This document shows, one piece after another, positions 1 to 14,001 of a DNA stretch of 64,000 nt. Source of the DNA: Botryllus schlosseri (Eukaryota); assembly GCA_051294905.1 (NCBI GenBank), contig CM119371.1:17858001-17922000 (forward strand). Direction: 5' to 3'. The notes beneath the pieces are model-generated. The model searched no databases. It was not told the DNA's origin and saw nothing but the letters and a program-made list of their open reading frames with translations. Made by a program: the position numbers and the translations under genes. Position 1 is the first letter of the stretch. Each line of letters opens with the position of its first letter.

Positions 1-2552
1 TCAACACTGGGATTGACTGAACATTGTTCAGAAGTCGCATGAAAATGTAAAAGTATCAAGGATCTTATATCCAAGTCCAAATCCAGGTTAAAAATAACTC
101 TAAATCCATATCCTTTCCAAATCCATGCTCATCTCTGCAACTGTGACATATTGCTCCAACCGTGATCGGTTTCATAAATAATCGCGCTAAATATTTATGC
201 TTTGACAGACTTCAACTCTGCTGTACCGATCAGGAATGGAAAAACATTCGAATCAATTTCAATGGTATCCAACATATCCAGAATCTACGTCGTCATACAA
301 CTACATTTGCATGCTCATACGTGACGGAGATAGTTCAAACGGATTATTTAATTACTATAAATCCTACCCAACGTATGGAGTGATGTGCGAGGAAGCAACC
401 TGATCATTCGTTGCAATAACTGGATAAATGCCGCCGACGAAACGTTGATCGGAGACAGTTGACCTAAATATTAACATATTGGTAATTATTAATACGGTCT
501 CGATGCAGAAATTGAAATGTTGTAGAGAGCACATGTCATAACGTCGAACAAATGACTTGAGCTTCAAATTGTTCCAATTGCTTAATGTGTACTTCTATTT
601 AGTAATCAGAGGTGGTCGGTAGCGAAGTGCTTCTATTTTTCCAAGTACTCAAGTAATTTGTCTCTACTTACAGTATACTTACTCAATAAAATCTAATTTC
701 CGCTACTTCTACTTCTGCCTCGTCATAAATTGTTATTTACTTACTTACTTTTTGCTTGTCAAATAAAAGTAATATTTTCTTCTAGTGAGAGAGAGAGATG
801 AAGAGAGACTGAGATTGAGAAATTTATATAGGCTTCAGATTTTCACTGATTACCGACCAGAATTGTATTTCTAAAAACGTGAAGTGGTATTCCAGAATCC
901 TTTCAAATGTGTTATACGGGGTGACAGTTGTCTTCTCACGAAGGTATCGCTCAACATAATTTATGTAGCTTGTTTCGAGGTTCCTTTCTCAACGCACTGC
1001 CGTCCATTTGACATGTTTCGTCGCAGTAAATATGGCCCGGTAAAACGCTGGTTCGACAGGTATCGTCATCTAGCAGGCATGGCGTGTCCTGGAAAAAAAG
1101 GTCCTTGACTTTTGATCATTAACATTGTATTAGCATAACACCATTTAATTTTTAAAAAAGTATTTGCATTTATCTGTGTACAGTACACGGTATTATTAGC
1201 TTGAGTTCTTTTGTCCGACGCACATACATGTTGAAGTATAAATGCATATGCCAGGGTTCTCAAACTCAAATGTGCTCGCGAGCCAACATCCTAGTGTTTG
1301 ATGACGCCGTAGCTCGCAGCATCGAATATGGGTTTTATATATATTTCCAGGTAAGCCTTGTTTCACTGACCTTGCAGACAATACCATATACATCGTTATT
1401 AATTTGATTGTCAATATTTATAGCCTATTCACGCTTGCAACGAAAAGTCATATTTTTGAATATTTGAATAAAATTGTTATTGACTGGGCATAAGTTGTCA
1501 TAATAATGAGTTATACACACCATGCGAGAAGACAAATATATCATGACATCAGGAAAGCTATTACGTTTCAATTTTGCAGCTTTCAATCAATCAATCAGTT
1601 TTATTAATATTTTCATCATTTCAAAAAAACCACAAAACCGAGATACAATGAAAAGATAGGAGGGTGTCGAAACGACTTGGAGTCATCTTTCGGGTCAGAC
1701 ACACACCTAGGCCAAGGCGAAGTGAAGAAGAGGCATGGAGTCAAAATAAGTCAAAATTTTGCGTTAGGTCAAAAAATTATTTACAAAGTCAACATTTTTT
1801 GTGACCCCTGCATTTCCTTTGTATCGTAGATTTTGCGCTGTCGGTAAACTGATCATTTGATATTATACAGCTTGTAGCTTACTTTATAGCCCTACCGTTG
1901 TAGACGGCCCATTGTCTGCATATTTTTTTCAATACAAAATCCATTGTTGTGAAATATTTATTCAACTAGAACACTCATTTTGAATCATAAACGGTCAAAT
2001 GAAACAATTAGGTCGACATGGCGTAGTGCGGATCGGATCGACAAATTCTCTGGTCAGACTCCAATCCTGTTGTTCAATTCTCTGGTCCGACTCCGAATCT
2101 GGATTCTTAAAATGAGCAATATCCGGTCCGAAAAACTCCCATAATAATCATCTGCCAGTACAATGCCACAAAAGGAAATTGTTTTCGTATGCTCCAAATA
2201 TCTATCGCATACCGCTGGTCGTACAAGTGCCCCAGTTCGAGAATTCCTGTCATACATAAATAATTTGCCGTAATAACGATAATATACTTAAATACTCCAC
2301 GTTCAATCAAAGCATATCAGACTTACTGGCTACCCAGTGCAGTGGCTCCCAACCCTTTTTTTAAATATATTTTAGCCCAATTTCCGATTTGAAAATATTC
2401 TGTGTCCCACCTCTAACTTTGATAGGCTGATATATAAACAAAGGTCAACATATTCGAGACCACCAGCATGAACGAAAACAACCCCCGGTCTAACCCCTAG
2501 TTAAAAAACACGGCTGTATGCTCTGTGGCCCACTTAAAACAGCGCTATATGG

Positions 2553-2921
2553 TAGGGTTACCATACGTCCTCTTTTAAGAGGATAAGTCCTCTTTTTTGA
2601 TTCTTTTAAAGTGTCCTCGGAGGCCGCCCAAATGTCCTATTTTTAGAATTAGTCCTCGTTTTTAAAATTTTGAAATTTTAGTTAGATATAGGATAAAATT
2701 CGACTGATATACAGTAAATTATCATTTTTTAAGTCAACCAACGGAGAAGTCAAGAGAAGTGTCAATTTCTGGAGTCGAGCCGAAAAAATTTCCTTTTTAT
2801 AGTCAACCAACCACAAAGTCGTGACAAATGTAACATTTTTTCCGTATTTTACTCCAGTATTGTAAGTCTGAAAATTTTGAAAAAGGGTACTCTTCCAGAT
2901 TTCCAAAATATGGTAACCCTA
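2553..2921. mobile_element. hAT MITE, TAGGGTTACCATA family
   Basis: TIRs tagggttaccata / tatggtaacccta; perfect TSD ctatatgg; nested in an older cagtggctcccaacc MITE. Confidence 0.92.
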
Positions 2922-4150
2922 CTATATGGCCCACTACTAAATGGGCCATATCCATAAGGCATGTACGCCAAAAATACCAAAAATAGCTTATTTTATCGCA
3001 TTTTCAGATTTTATTTCAGGACGTTTCGAAATCGCCATGAATTCATATTTGAATACCCGGATCAACCGTCTATAACGCTTTCGTTTGGCCTCTACCATAT
3101 CAAACAAAAGTCACCAAATGTGCAGTATCCCCTCCGTGCGATCAAACAGCGACGATAAAACCGAAACACCCATACTGCTTCTGCAATACCTAGTCCGGAA
3201 ATATCCGAAATAAATTTTAAAATAAAATCCCTTTCCCACCCTACTGCGACAAAATTGTGCAAAATCCAGTTTCATCCAAATTATGCTATGTAATCTTATG
3301 AATATACATCGTTTGCTTCCTTCTTGTCTACGCTGGTGTCGTGAGGTCGTATAATAAAGTTATCTGAAAACGACTGTTGCATCTCCTTCGATCTACACCA
3401 GTGGTTCGGAACCTTGTCTGTAGCAACCCCCCCTCAGGGGGTGATTAAGATTTTTGAAAGAGGCGGATACGCTCGGGGGCGAGACGACGGCGATGGGCTC
3501 AGGAGATGCTGAAGAAAAATGGCCTCACAGTAGATAGTATAGTAAGGACAGATGCATATATAGTAGAACAATAGTTCTATATATCCCTAAGTTCTCATTG
3601 TAAACTGACATTCGACAAAATCTGTCAAAACACAACGCTTTTCGTTGCACTCATCGCGAAATACCCACCGACCATGTTTCCATGAATGCAGTGGTTTATT
3701 TTAATTCATGTAAAATGAATTTGCGTACTTTTGGATTGCCATCTCCCCGTTATAACACTCCCGTCACACTAGCTACTCGTTTCGACACCTTCCTGTCTTT
3801 TTATTGTATCGCAGTTTTGTGGCGTTTTGAGATGATATAAAAATATTATTAAACTGATACTTATATTGATATCTCTGGTTTCTTTCCACAAAATTTCTTG
3901 AACTAGGTATCGTATTCGACAGTGCACTGCGTGTCGAAATCTAAAAGGCACTGTAGGATACCGTACAGCTTTTGAGAGTGATATGCACTTTGTACATTAA
4001 AGATGTTTTGAAGCTTTTTGGGTAAAATGATTACCGAAATAAACTTGTATTTGAATGCTACAAAATTAAATTGTCAGAATATTTCTTCTTCATCATATTA
4101 TAAGGGATGATACTGCTTAGTGTTGTTACCCATTCATGTTAAGGTTAAGA

Positions 4151-4549
4151 TAGGGTTACGATACCTCCTCTTTTAAGAGGATTTTTTTTAATTGTCCTCA
4201 GAGGACGCACAAATGTCCTCCCTTCTGAGATTATGTCCTCTTTTTTGCGAATTTAGGTTAAATATAGGGCAAAATTGGACTGCGATACGGTAAATAATCA
4301 CTAAAGTAACGCTCAAGCTGGCATTTCGTGAGCTGAGCTGGAAAGTTGACCTTTTTTAATGCTACCAACTGATAATGTGAAAGAAAAACTATATTTCGGG
4401 AGTTGAGCCAGAAAGTTGACCTTTTTTTAGTCAACCGATCACGAAGTGGAATAAATGTACCATTTTCTCAGGATTTACCTCCTGTATTGAAAGTCTGAAA
4501 ATACTGAAAAAGTGTCCTCTTTTCAGATTTCCAAAATATGGTAACCCTA
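4151..4549. mobile_element. hAT MITE, TAGGGTTACCATA family
   Basis: TIRs and perfect TSD ggttaaga. Further copies at about 7469-7785, 32861-33647 and 57607-57902. Confidence 0.9.
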
Positions 4550-7500
4550 GGTTAAGAGCTTGTCGCAGTACTAAGTTTAATATGAGCAAATCTCTACCAC
4601 CCTCTCAGTTGATTTATAGTAGGCTAGTCACACAAAGCACTAAAACAAAACCCGATATCTTACCCGTTGCCAATCACAGAGGAGAATTCTGGATGTGTTC
4701 ATCGATCTCGAACCAAATACTATGAGCTAGGAATGGTTCGAGCCCCCGAAACTTTCAGGTTAGTGTGAACGCAAACCTTTTGAACATGAACGTGAGCCTA
4801 TGACGTCACGGGACGTCATGTTGCTAGTTCCAACCCTGCATTTCCGTCATAGGTATAAAACAATGTAGGCCTACATGAATTGATACTCATGCAATATTCT
4901 GTAACAATGCTGAAATACATGCTAACTATTTAAATGTCACCCAATGTATCGACTGGAACAATCCAATGTTATCATAATTCCACGAACAGCTTTGCCGACA
5001 ATGTCGACGAGGCCTGGGCTAGACCGGGCAGATGTATTCTAAAGAGTGAACACCGATTTCTATTTGCGCCGGCACTTTTTACTAACATTTGTAACCAATT
5101 AGTTAGTTTTGAAAATAGTTGGAATCGGAGTCACGGCATTTTCACAAACTCCTACTCCAGCCATGTGATTCCGCAACTCCGACCCGCACTTTCTTGAGAG
5201 TAACTACTCAAGAAAGAGAAAATTTAATGACACTGCGTCTCAAAAGCCCTCGTTTACTATGTAATATTACTATGCATTTGAAGCAATGGTGTTAAAATCG
5301 GAAGTTACCTCATGATTGGATGTCCGTGATCAGTATATCGATTTTTTTACCTAAGACCGAGAAGATTTTGACCTAAAAAGTCAAGATTTTGTCATTGTTT
5401 GACCTAAAAAAACTAATTTGACCAAATTTTGACCTCATGTATGCAAATTAGGTGTTCTCGAGTATAATTTTTAAGTTGTACTACTTATCAGTCTTGCTTC
5501 AATTAGGATATTAAGATACGTCGACCATAACACCATGTTAGTGCGGAGCATGGACCGGAGCCGGATTGGATATCCAGCCGGATTTTTTTCAATTTGACCG
5601 GACCGCATCGGAGCCGGATCAGTACTTTTTTGATACGGCCAGAATCTTTATGGATAAGCATGACTTTTGTCATTGAGAAACTAGCAACCACACGTCAGTA
5701 ACCGCCAAGCCAATGCGAAATAAACGAGCTGTATTTATAAATTCACGGAACCACCGTACCGTACCGAATTTATGCACAGACATCACAACAGTCATTACAA
5801 TACTGACTAGCATTTTCCCTCCAGTATTCTAGTCTCGTTGTGCAGTGAAATGGCTTGTTTTATCGAAGAAAGCAATTGAAGCTCCTTATACAGAAGAGAA
5901 ACCGAAAGTCGAGGTATCAAGGGCAATGAAAATGGAATATGGAAAAATGATACCTTGCACAATCGCACCTGTGAGGGTAACTAATCTAAATGTGTTTGTG
6001 TCAGCAGTCAGCAAGAGAAGCTCAGTGGCACATCACACGTATGCACCCATGTTAAAGATAAATGGATTTTATCGAAAAAGATAGCATCAGAGCAGTGTTC
6101 GATGTCATAATTTGTGAGAAACAAATATATCTGCTGCTCCGTTGCAAAGTATTGTAGGCTTACCATACGTCCTACACCCTAACAGAGCAAGTAGTGTCAT
6201 ATCCATCTTTCTCAGGTTGTCAAACTTGGATTCATGTTGTGACGCATAAAATTTGTCAATACTTTCAGAATAGAATTTCTCTTTTAGGGTAGATACTCCC
6301 TGCGGGCCGGTCAAAATCCCTTCGCGGGCCGAATGTTGCCCGTCCCTTGTCTATCGAGTCTGCGCTAGCACTTTTCTTTCCACACTATTCCAGTGCGTTA
6401 AGCGCTTCTCCCCATCAAGTCATTGGTCTGGCCAAGCAATAACTTGGACGCTGTACTATTACGCTATTTCGAAGGTTTAAGGAACTCATGATTTGGTAAT
6501 AGCCTAGTTTACAACGCACCGTCGCGTAGCAATTTTCAATGCTCATGGAGAATTATTTTAACTTCTACAACGAACACAGAGTAGAGGTGAACATGTGTAA
6601 AGGTGTTTCAATTTTAAACCCAGCTCCGAACTACTAATTAAATTTGATGATAATATGATTTTTGAACGTGCGTCGTTAGTGGACTGCAAACCTAGTCTCT
6701 AAATACGTAGTGCAAATAGAGAAGATATCTTCAAGTAGTCGGAATAGATGAAAATGCCAAATTCTGATCCAACTGGCTGCGTGGAAATCTTGAACTGGCC
6801 ATGAGCTGGTGGCCGGCCATGATGAATTCGTATGTCTGGCCGCGAAATTCGCTGTGGCCGGCGATGAGAAACCGCTTGCTCGGGGCCGGTCATGAGATAT
6901 TGGTGGCCACATATTTTTCTGTGGTCAGGGAGTGGCCACGTGAAAGATCAGGCCGCTACTCTGAAAGTGTACCGACCTTTGCAATACACGAATCGGGTTG
7001 AATTCATGGAACGATTTGTCCGACTGTTTCCCCCGGGAAACACCGTCGAAGACCGTTGGGATGGTCTAGGGGTGTGCAACGAGTGAGTAGCGGTCCTATG
7101 GGACATACTTATTTCGAGGCCAGCCCCTCTTGCGTCGCGACACGCGTCGACGTGAAGTTTGGGCCAACATACCGCTGGAAAAACGCGGTACCAAAAACAC
7201 AAGAGGCAACAAAAGTGGGCGTAGTTGGTTCGCCAAAACTTTCGATATTGATATGCTCGGTCGTCAAAATGGTTGGCAGTCGGCACCGAATAGCCCCGTC
7301 CTTGCCATATGGGTATACAGTTGTACAAATGCGACGCGTAGAGGAAAATAGTCAACCCCAATTTGAAACCGCATGCATCAGGCATGTTTGGTAGAGCTGT
7401 GTTGTTCCCAATTGTCGTTTGCGCGTTCTCTATGTCATATATGCCCGTGAAATTGTAGCATACTCTTATAGGATTACCATACGTCCACTTTTAAGAGGAT

Positions 7501-8151
7501 TTGTCCTCTTTTTTGACTTTTTTGAAAGTGTTCTCGGAGGACGCCTAAATATCCTATTTTTTGAGAATTCGTCCTCTTTTTTGAGTATTTGGGTTAAACG
7601 TAGGTGGAAATTGGACCGAGATATGGAAAATCAGCGGTAAAATAACGGCAGACCCTTTTTTTTAGTCAACTGACCAGAAAGTCGGAAATATTACCATTGT
7701 TTTAGGATTTTACTCAAGTATTCTAAGTCTGAAAATTTTGTAAAAATGTATTCTCCTTTCAGATTCCTAAAATACGGTAATCGTATATTATTATGATATC
7801 AAAATGCAATATTTTCATACGCGAGGCTGGGGTCACGAGATGCCACTAAAACTAAATTTTGGTCGCGGTCTAAAAAGTTTCAGAAGCACTGCTTTAAGGT
7901 TATTGTACTGCTGTGAACTTTCAAGTTATATTGAGCTAAAGAGCTGAACACGCGGTATCGTGACTTTCTTTGCTCTTCTGATTTACACGCGGGACTGAAA
8001 ATGTAAAATTGAAGAAGAAAATAGAAGAAAAACAACACAATTTGGAGCGGCATATCATAAGGTAGCTGAGTGCCTTTTTCCTGAATTTTCCTGAACTTAT
8101 TTGCGTCCGTGGCGCACAAGACCTTAACAGGTGATAAGTGCCACGGAAAAC

Positions 8152-8923
8152 TGCAGCTACCGAATATACATGGAGACACAATAGGATTGGTCACTACATT
8201 CATCTTGGATTATGCAAACATTTTTGCATCAACAGATCGACAAAAAATTGGTATGATTACAGCCCAGCACCCAGTAACAGAAAACGACCAAGTAAAGATT
8301 ATGTGGGATGTGCCAGTTATAACTGACCGCGAAATCAGGAGCAACCGCCCGGATATGATAATCAAACTAAAAAAGAGAAGCGAATGCTTATTCATCGAAC
8401 TGGCCGTCCCAGCTTATCAAAGCATACTGCAAAAGCAATCGGGAAAATAATCGAAATACGCAGATCTCAAAATGGAATGTGAAAAAATGTGGCGATGCAA
8501 AATAAACATTGTGCCGCTAGTCACTGGCGCTACTAGGGCCGTAAGCAAAAAACTCATGAGACATATCCAACAAATTCCGGGAAACTTTCGATTCGACATG
8601 ATCCAAAAGATCGCGTTATTGGGCATTGTGCATATTTTTCGGAAGGCCTTGACTGCGCCACTGGACTAAAATTACACATGTGAGCGTGAATCACAGCATA
8701 ATTTCTGTAATTTCGATTCTACATTTTCAATCATCTCTACCTCTGCTCTGCAACCTCTTGCAGCTCTAATTCTTCATCTACCGTAATTCTGAAATCTGAC
8801 CTCTTCGTATATTGCATAGGAATAGTAATTTGACTGTATTAATGAAGTTTTAATCTCGTCATTTTCCTTTGGGGATTACGTGTGTATTGACCAGTTTTAC
8901 TGTGAATAAAGAAAATAATAATA
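8152..8923 (+). mobile_element. 5'-truncated R4/Dong-like (restriction-like endonuclease) non-LTR element, degraded
   Basis: EYTWRHNRIG, KIMWDVPVITDREIRSNRPDMII, IELAVP, KYADL, IVPLVTG and IQKIALLG across frameshifts; 3' UTR ends in aataataat. Confidence 0.85.
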
Positions 8924-9605
8924 AGGTAGCGAGATCACATGTGCATACTTTACTTGATAGTTTTGGAGCTTATTTTCTAAGCCATCAGGCATGTGGCTTT
9001 TGCAGTTTTTCGACTAACTGCAGCCTCCGAGACCTTTACGTCATACTCTTAAAATTGTATTTCTGCCAGCAAGAATTTTTCGCCCGCGGAAAATACGTTG
9101 TAATGTGGATAGGAGTGTTCCATGGTTGCTATAAAGACATGGCCATCCAACCACTCGAAGTACTCGTGCAAAGCCAACACTTATTTGACGGAAAACAGGT
9201 TTAGTGCACTATAATTGAAATCAAAGCGACCGAAAAAAGCTGTCAATTGATGACCTAAACCGGTCGCCAATAGCCTTGTTACAAATCTAAACAAAATATT
9301 GCTGAGTATCTTCATATTAATTGTATAACAATTTTCGGTTTGTTTGTGCGGGTGAAATTTGTTTTGTAAGAATAGTTTATATGGTGGTCAAAAAGTTTGA
9401 AATGCACTGGGCTAGAATAAGGTGTCGCTAAATTTGTGAAACACGTCCCAGCCACTATCGCCAATAGCGCCACCGATTCTGTGCCATTTGGAAACTCCAT
9501 CATGTTGTTTGGCGGCTCCACACGCCCGGGACTGCACAAGAATTCTCTTTACCAGCGATGGAGTGGGTAATGTGACGGAGGTAACGAATGAAATTAAAAC
9601 AGATT

Positions 9606-9870
9606 TCATTCGGCGACTATTCTGCCGTTGGTGTCCAAACGAAGATTCTTTTGTAGACAATCAGAATTCTCTTTTTCCGCCCATAACTTACGAACGGACA
9701 CTGACATTGGTCGCTTGGGTGGCCCTGTAATAGGGAAATCTGTTTTGTTAAGGTCCCGATATGGAACTTTGTATGCATCGTCAAGGCGTATTCCGTGCAG
9801 AAAACGGCATATTTGACAATGGTGATATCTTCTTTTATAATGCGGGTGGTGTCGCCTTTCGGTCCGCCAT
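9606..9870 (-). CDS. GT10 alpha-1,3/4-fucosyltransferase copy 1, last coding exon
   Basis: Acceptor ttttccag then (R)WRTERRHHPHYKRRYHHCQICRFLHGIRLDD...GRIVAE-TGA. The phase-2 join to the upstream exon rebuilds the GT10 YLQYFRWR motif, followed by the CxxC. Confidence 0.9.
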
Positions 9871-11334
9871 CTGGAAAACCATTGTTATGATCAATAGAAT
9901 ATATATTTGTTAGCTATACTACTGCAGTCCATATTCGTATGCAATTAAGCAACAAATCTCATATTCCATTATGTGACGCAGTCAGAAATGAAACTCGGTA
10001 TGCGGTTCTGAGTTACAGGACTTAAAGTATTGAAATTTATCAGGCCCGAATCGAGTCAGCAGACAATTAATTTGTATGTTACTAATAGTTCATTTTCGCT
10101 TAAATAGTCACAGAAATTGCATTTGATAAGAGTTTTCGTATAGTGTCACAAAGGAGGTAAATCTAGCTTCACGGTACATCCTCAAAGGATAGGTTTCGGC
10201 ATGGACCAGCAGACCAATTGTTCCCAACGTGGGCGATATCGTCTCTCAGTGGGCGATATTGAGAAAAAAGGGGGCGAAAATACGAAAGGGGGCGAGAAGG
10301 GCGGCAATTTTAAAACGTCCAGTGAGATATATTTAATTTACACTTAAAAAAACGCACGTGAAGACGACTTATTCTGCATATGACGCGAAAAAGAGTCAAC
10401 TAAACGGAAAGTAGACGTGGAGCACAGATTTTCCGAGAACCTATCACTTCAAAACATTGCCTATTTTATTAAGTTCGCCAGCGATCAGATTTAGGTGAAT
10501 AAATTTCCCGTTTATATGTCCTCTTTTGCGGATCCGCAATTATAGGAAAGAAAATTGGTGTTGAAATTGATGAAGGGGCGACGAGTCGAAAAATGTTGGA
10601 AAACACAGGGCTATAGATCATATCGTAGAACCGTCACACGCAACTCATGCCAGGTATCAGGTCTCACATCATTTCATTAGTCATTCGTGTTAGACGAGAA
10701 GATACATCTTGCAATTGTGAAAGTATACTTATAGCCACATACAACTGACTACCTGAAGCGTTCGTCCATGAAATTCACTTTTTCAACAAATAAACCTGAG
10801 TACTTTTCACGCCATTTATTTTCGACATCTCCTTGAAGTAGCTTGAGCATATTTTGTAAATGGCGGCGTGTACACCCCATTGAGTATCAATTTACGATAT
10901 CATCTCTGCATCTACTGGAGTAGCAATGCTGACTGCTTTGACCGCATCTACACTCAACTCCAAATGGTATATGAGAGTGAAGTGCCTATAGTACCCCAAA
11001 TCGTGGAAGTTGACATACATGACCAAGTAACGAATTACTGCGATGTCTTTGTACGACGATGAATAGTTACATTGATTTCAGGCTATTGCTCTTTCATCCT
11101 CAACGTGTTGTTTTAAAAATCTTCAAGTTGTGCTCGTAAACATTTGCCCAGCGATGTTTTGATCTATATGGATTATCACATCTTTACTTATGGGACCAAA
11201 ATTTATGGCGTCCGTAGCTGTGCCTTAGTAAAGTTAGCCATATATTTAAATTCACGGGATTCGAATTTGGTGAAATTCAAATTACGGTCGGGGGACTTGC
11301 ATATTATTGTTACTTACGTAAAAGTATATTTCAC

Positions 11335-11844
11335 CTGAAATATTGCAGGTAAGCGGTGTCGTTGCGATCCAAGTAGTTCAAATGGTCAATCAGATGCTGC
11401 ATAGATGGAAAGTCTTCCACGAAAATGAATCCGCTGGCGGGGATATGTGCTTCGTATACCTCTTTAGTAGAGCCCCATACAACCGGTACGACTCCGGCTA
11501 TTAAGGCACGGAAAAACTTCTCCGTCACGTAGTCTTTACAATGATAGGAATTCTCGAATGCGAAATAGAATTTGTATTGCGATGTGTATTCTATCATTTC
11601 ATTTTTCATGTAGTCATTTCGAGAAACAGGTGTTTTCCCAAAGCATCGCCCGAATGCTTCCAGCTTCAAGCCCATTGTCAGCAATTTCTTGACATACGAA
11701 AGTCTGACCACGGCCCCCGGAGTCAGATTGCAATTTGAAATTGCGATCAACGCTAGATGCTTCTTATTCGCCAGTGGCTTCTCCAATTCATTTCCGGTTT
11801 CAACTGTTGCATTTCCGTAACTCAATTGAAAATCCGAGTCTCGT
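11335..11844 (-). CDS. GT10 fucosyltransferase copy 1, catalytic-domain exon
   Basis: Open 510-nt exon between cacag and gtgaaa. Contains the alpha-1,3-FucT motif YKFYFAFENSYHCKDYVTEKFFRALIAGVVPVVWG and LNYLDRNDTAYLQYF. Confidence 0.95.
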
Positions 11845-12477
11845 CTGTGGTTGGTACAATATCGAAGTGTTAATATTGGGATACGACATCGTACAGAAGT
11901 CCAATATCATGTAACGAGCATAATTGTAGGAACATCTCACGTTTCAAACCACAGTAGGGCAGATTATGAGTCGCAATGCTTATATTTCTAATTATGATAC
12001 AGACCACATCTCATTGAAAATCAGGGCTGTGGAGTCGGTAAATTGTACCACCGACTCCAACTCCTCTCCGACTACAGACCTTTTCATTATACCGACTCCA
12101 ACTCCTACTCCAACATTATTAGAAATTAACTTACCAACTTTCATGCCACAGTGACGGTTAAATGACTATCATATAACTATTAAACATATGCAAACATTTG
12201 ATTAACGATGGCCTGCAAAATTGTTTCTTTGTGGTACAGGTCGAATTATTCACTATGCAATTAACATGAAAAGAATGCCTCTCTAAATATCCTTCCTTTC
12301 TTCATAGTTTATAAGTTTTTATAACATGGACTCTCTAATATCCTAATATGTATGAATCATTGAAACATGACTTATATCCATTCATGTATAATTAAAATGT
12401 CGATAAACAATCGAAGTGTAGCTCTTGTGTAATCGCTTTGCACTGATACGAGATATCGTCAGCGCGCCAGTTCCTAC

Positions 12478-12594
12478 CGGTAGGTTAGTGACGCGTTGAA
12501 TCCAATTTGATCAGCCTGTTGTAGCCAGTTGTCCCTAGACATATACGTTGGTGCCTCTGCGCAACGCCATATCCAATATTGATTCGGATTCCGC
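12478..12594 (-). CDS. GT10 fucosyltransferase copy 1, exon RNPNQYWIWRCAEAP...FNASLTYR
   Basis: tttcag acceptor and gtagga donor. Splicing to 11844 rebuilds the conserved TYRRDSD motif. Confidence 0.92.
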
Positions 12595-13022
12595 CTGAAA
12601 TGCAACCAAAAATGAACAAGCATAAAACAGTAACAACGCGCGGTTACGCTATTAATATTAATATTATTAATAATGCGCAACATTTCAGTGACGCTTATCG
12701 CCATTTGTGACCTTTTACATCACGATATTTGATATTGTATCGGTTCCCATTGATGCTGTAGCTGTGGATTACACCACTACGCTATCTCGCCACGCGTCGG
12801 TTGATAGTAATGATAGGCTCGAATCGGCTCCGAATTGAAACACAGAATTTACGAAATCCTGTTCAGTTGGTATGAAGTCAAGGGGAATATTCGATTTTTG
12901 AATTGCGAGGCCGGTCATCGCCTTTACGGTGTGAATGCACACTTTTTCGCTAAGAATGCAGGGAAGGTGTCTGCCGTGTGACTTTTCGCTTCTGGTCCAC
13001 CGTCAAGCATTTGGTTACTCAC

Positions 13023-13096
13023 TTCACTCGTGGAATATCTCGCAGGTTGGCTCGATCATAATGAATGATGACGACCTCAGTTCTGATGTCGCTTAT
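13023..13096 (-). CDS. GT10 fucosyltransferase copy 1, 74-nt exon ISDIRTEVVIIHYDRANLRDIPRVK
   Basis: ttgcag acceptor and gtgagt donor; phases 0/2 fit both neighbours. EVVIIH corresponds to the GT10 (D/A)VVFH motif. Confidence 0.8.
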
Positions 13097-13500
13097 CTGC
13101 AATCATATTGATATAATTGTATGTTGGCGTGCTCCTAACGACATAGTACAAGCGGACGTGGATAAGTAACAGTAGCAAAACTTCTGCCGGAAGGTTGCGT
13201 ATGTAGACCATAACTACGTGAGTGGCAAATAGGTTTAGTAACCAAATTTCCACCATGGCTTAATGTGCAAATGATGCCCCCTGCGCTTCCTGGTTGCAAA
13301 TGTTGCTTCAAAACCCATCCCAATTGGCGAAAACGAGTACCATACACAAATTCTTATAATGTAGATGTATACAAGGATTGTTTTTGCTGTAGTATTCATG
13401 TTATTTTTCGATTATACAATGGCCATTTACATAAGGCCCACATTCTTTGTCATGATTTCATAGCTGCCGACTCTTAGCGACAATAGCGACCCATTTTTAG

Positions 13501-14001
13501 TAGGGGTCGACCAATTATCGACATGGCCGATTATCGAGGCCGATATTTTATATTTTGAAAAGAATCAGAAATTTTGGAAATTTAATGCACCGTGTTCTCA
13601 ATCACGAGAAATCGACGACGCAAAGTGCAATATATGACAGATTTACTCTTGCAGAACGAGTTTAGCTGGGTAAGCATGCAGAGAAACTGTGCTCCCTGCA
13701 TCACAGTCTATCTTTTCTGGACTGATCTGCAATTCTGTATCGTATTTTGCTTTTTGGGTTATCCCAAATTTCAATGAATGTGCACAATTAAGCAATAATT
13801 CTTGTCAATTTCAGTTTTCTCGTTTGTTGTTCAGCTTTCTGTGGCATGTACAACTGCCATCTTGCCAAATATATAATATTTTTGGTGAAATTGTTCTCTG
13901 CTCCTTCCATATAAATATCGGCCTATGATATCGGTATCGGCCTTGTGAGCGAGCCGATGTATCGGTATCGGCCTGTAAAAATCAATATTGGTCGACCTTT
14001 A
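13501..14001. mobile_element. hAT MITE (taggggtcgacc termini, TATCGG repeats)
   Basis: TIRs; TSD atttttag/atttctag. Confidence 0.8.

Larger units (their letters stand above)
6174..11369 (+). repeat. Segmental duplication, copy 1
   Basis: Collinear similarity to 49033-64000 across TE relics, 3' flank, last exon and last intron. Confidence 0.93.

Noticed and set aside
6948..7394. 145-aa and 112-aa ORFs
   Set aside because: They lie in an interspersed repeat; frames are not preserved in the copies at 49.9/57.3 kb and 34.4 kb.
10753..11100. Possible extra fucosyltransferase exon in the last intron (donor-like site near 10753; plus-strand ORF shared with 63491)
   Set aside because: Stops in all minus frames, and 11335 splices cleanly to 9870 to give YFRWR. 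The sharing is explained by the duplication.
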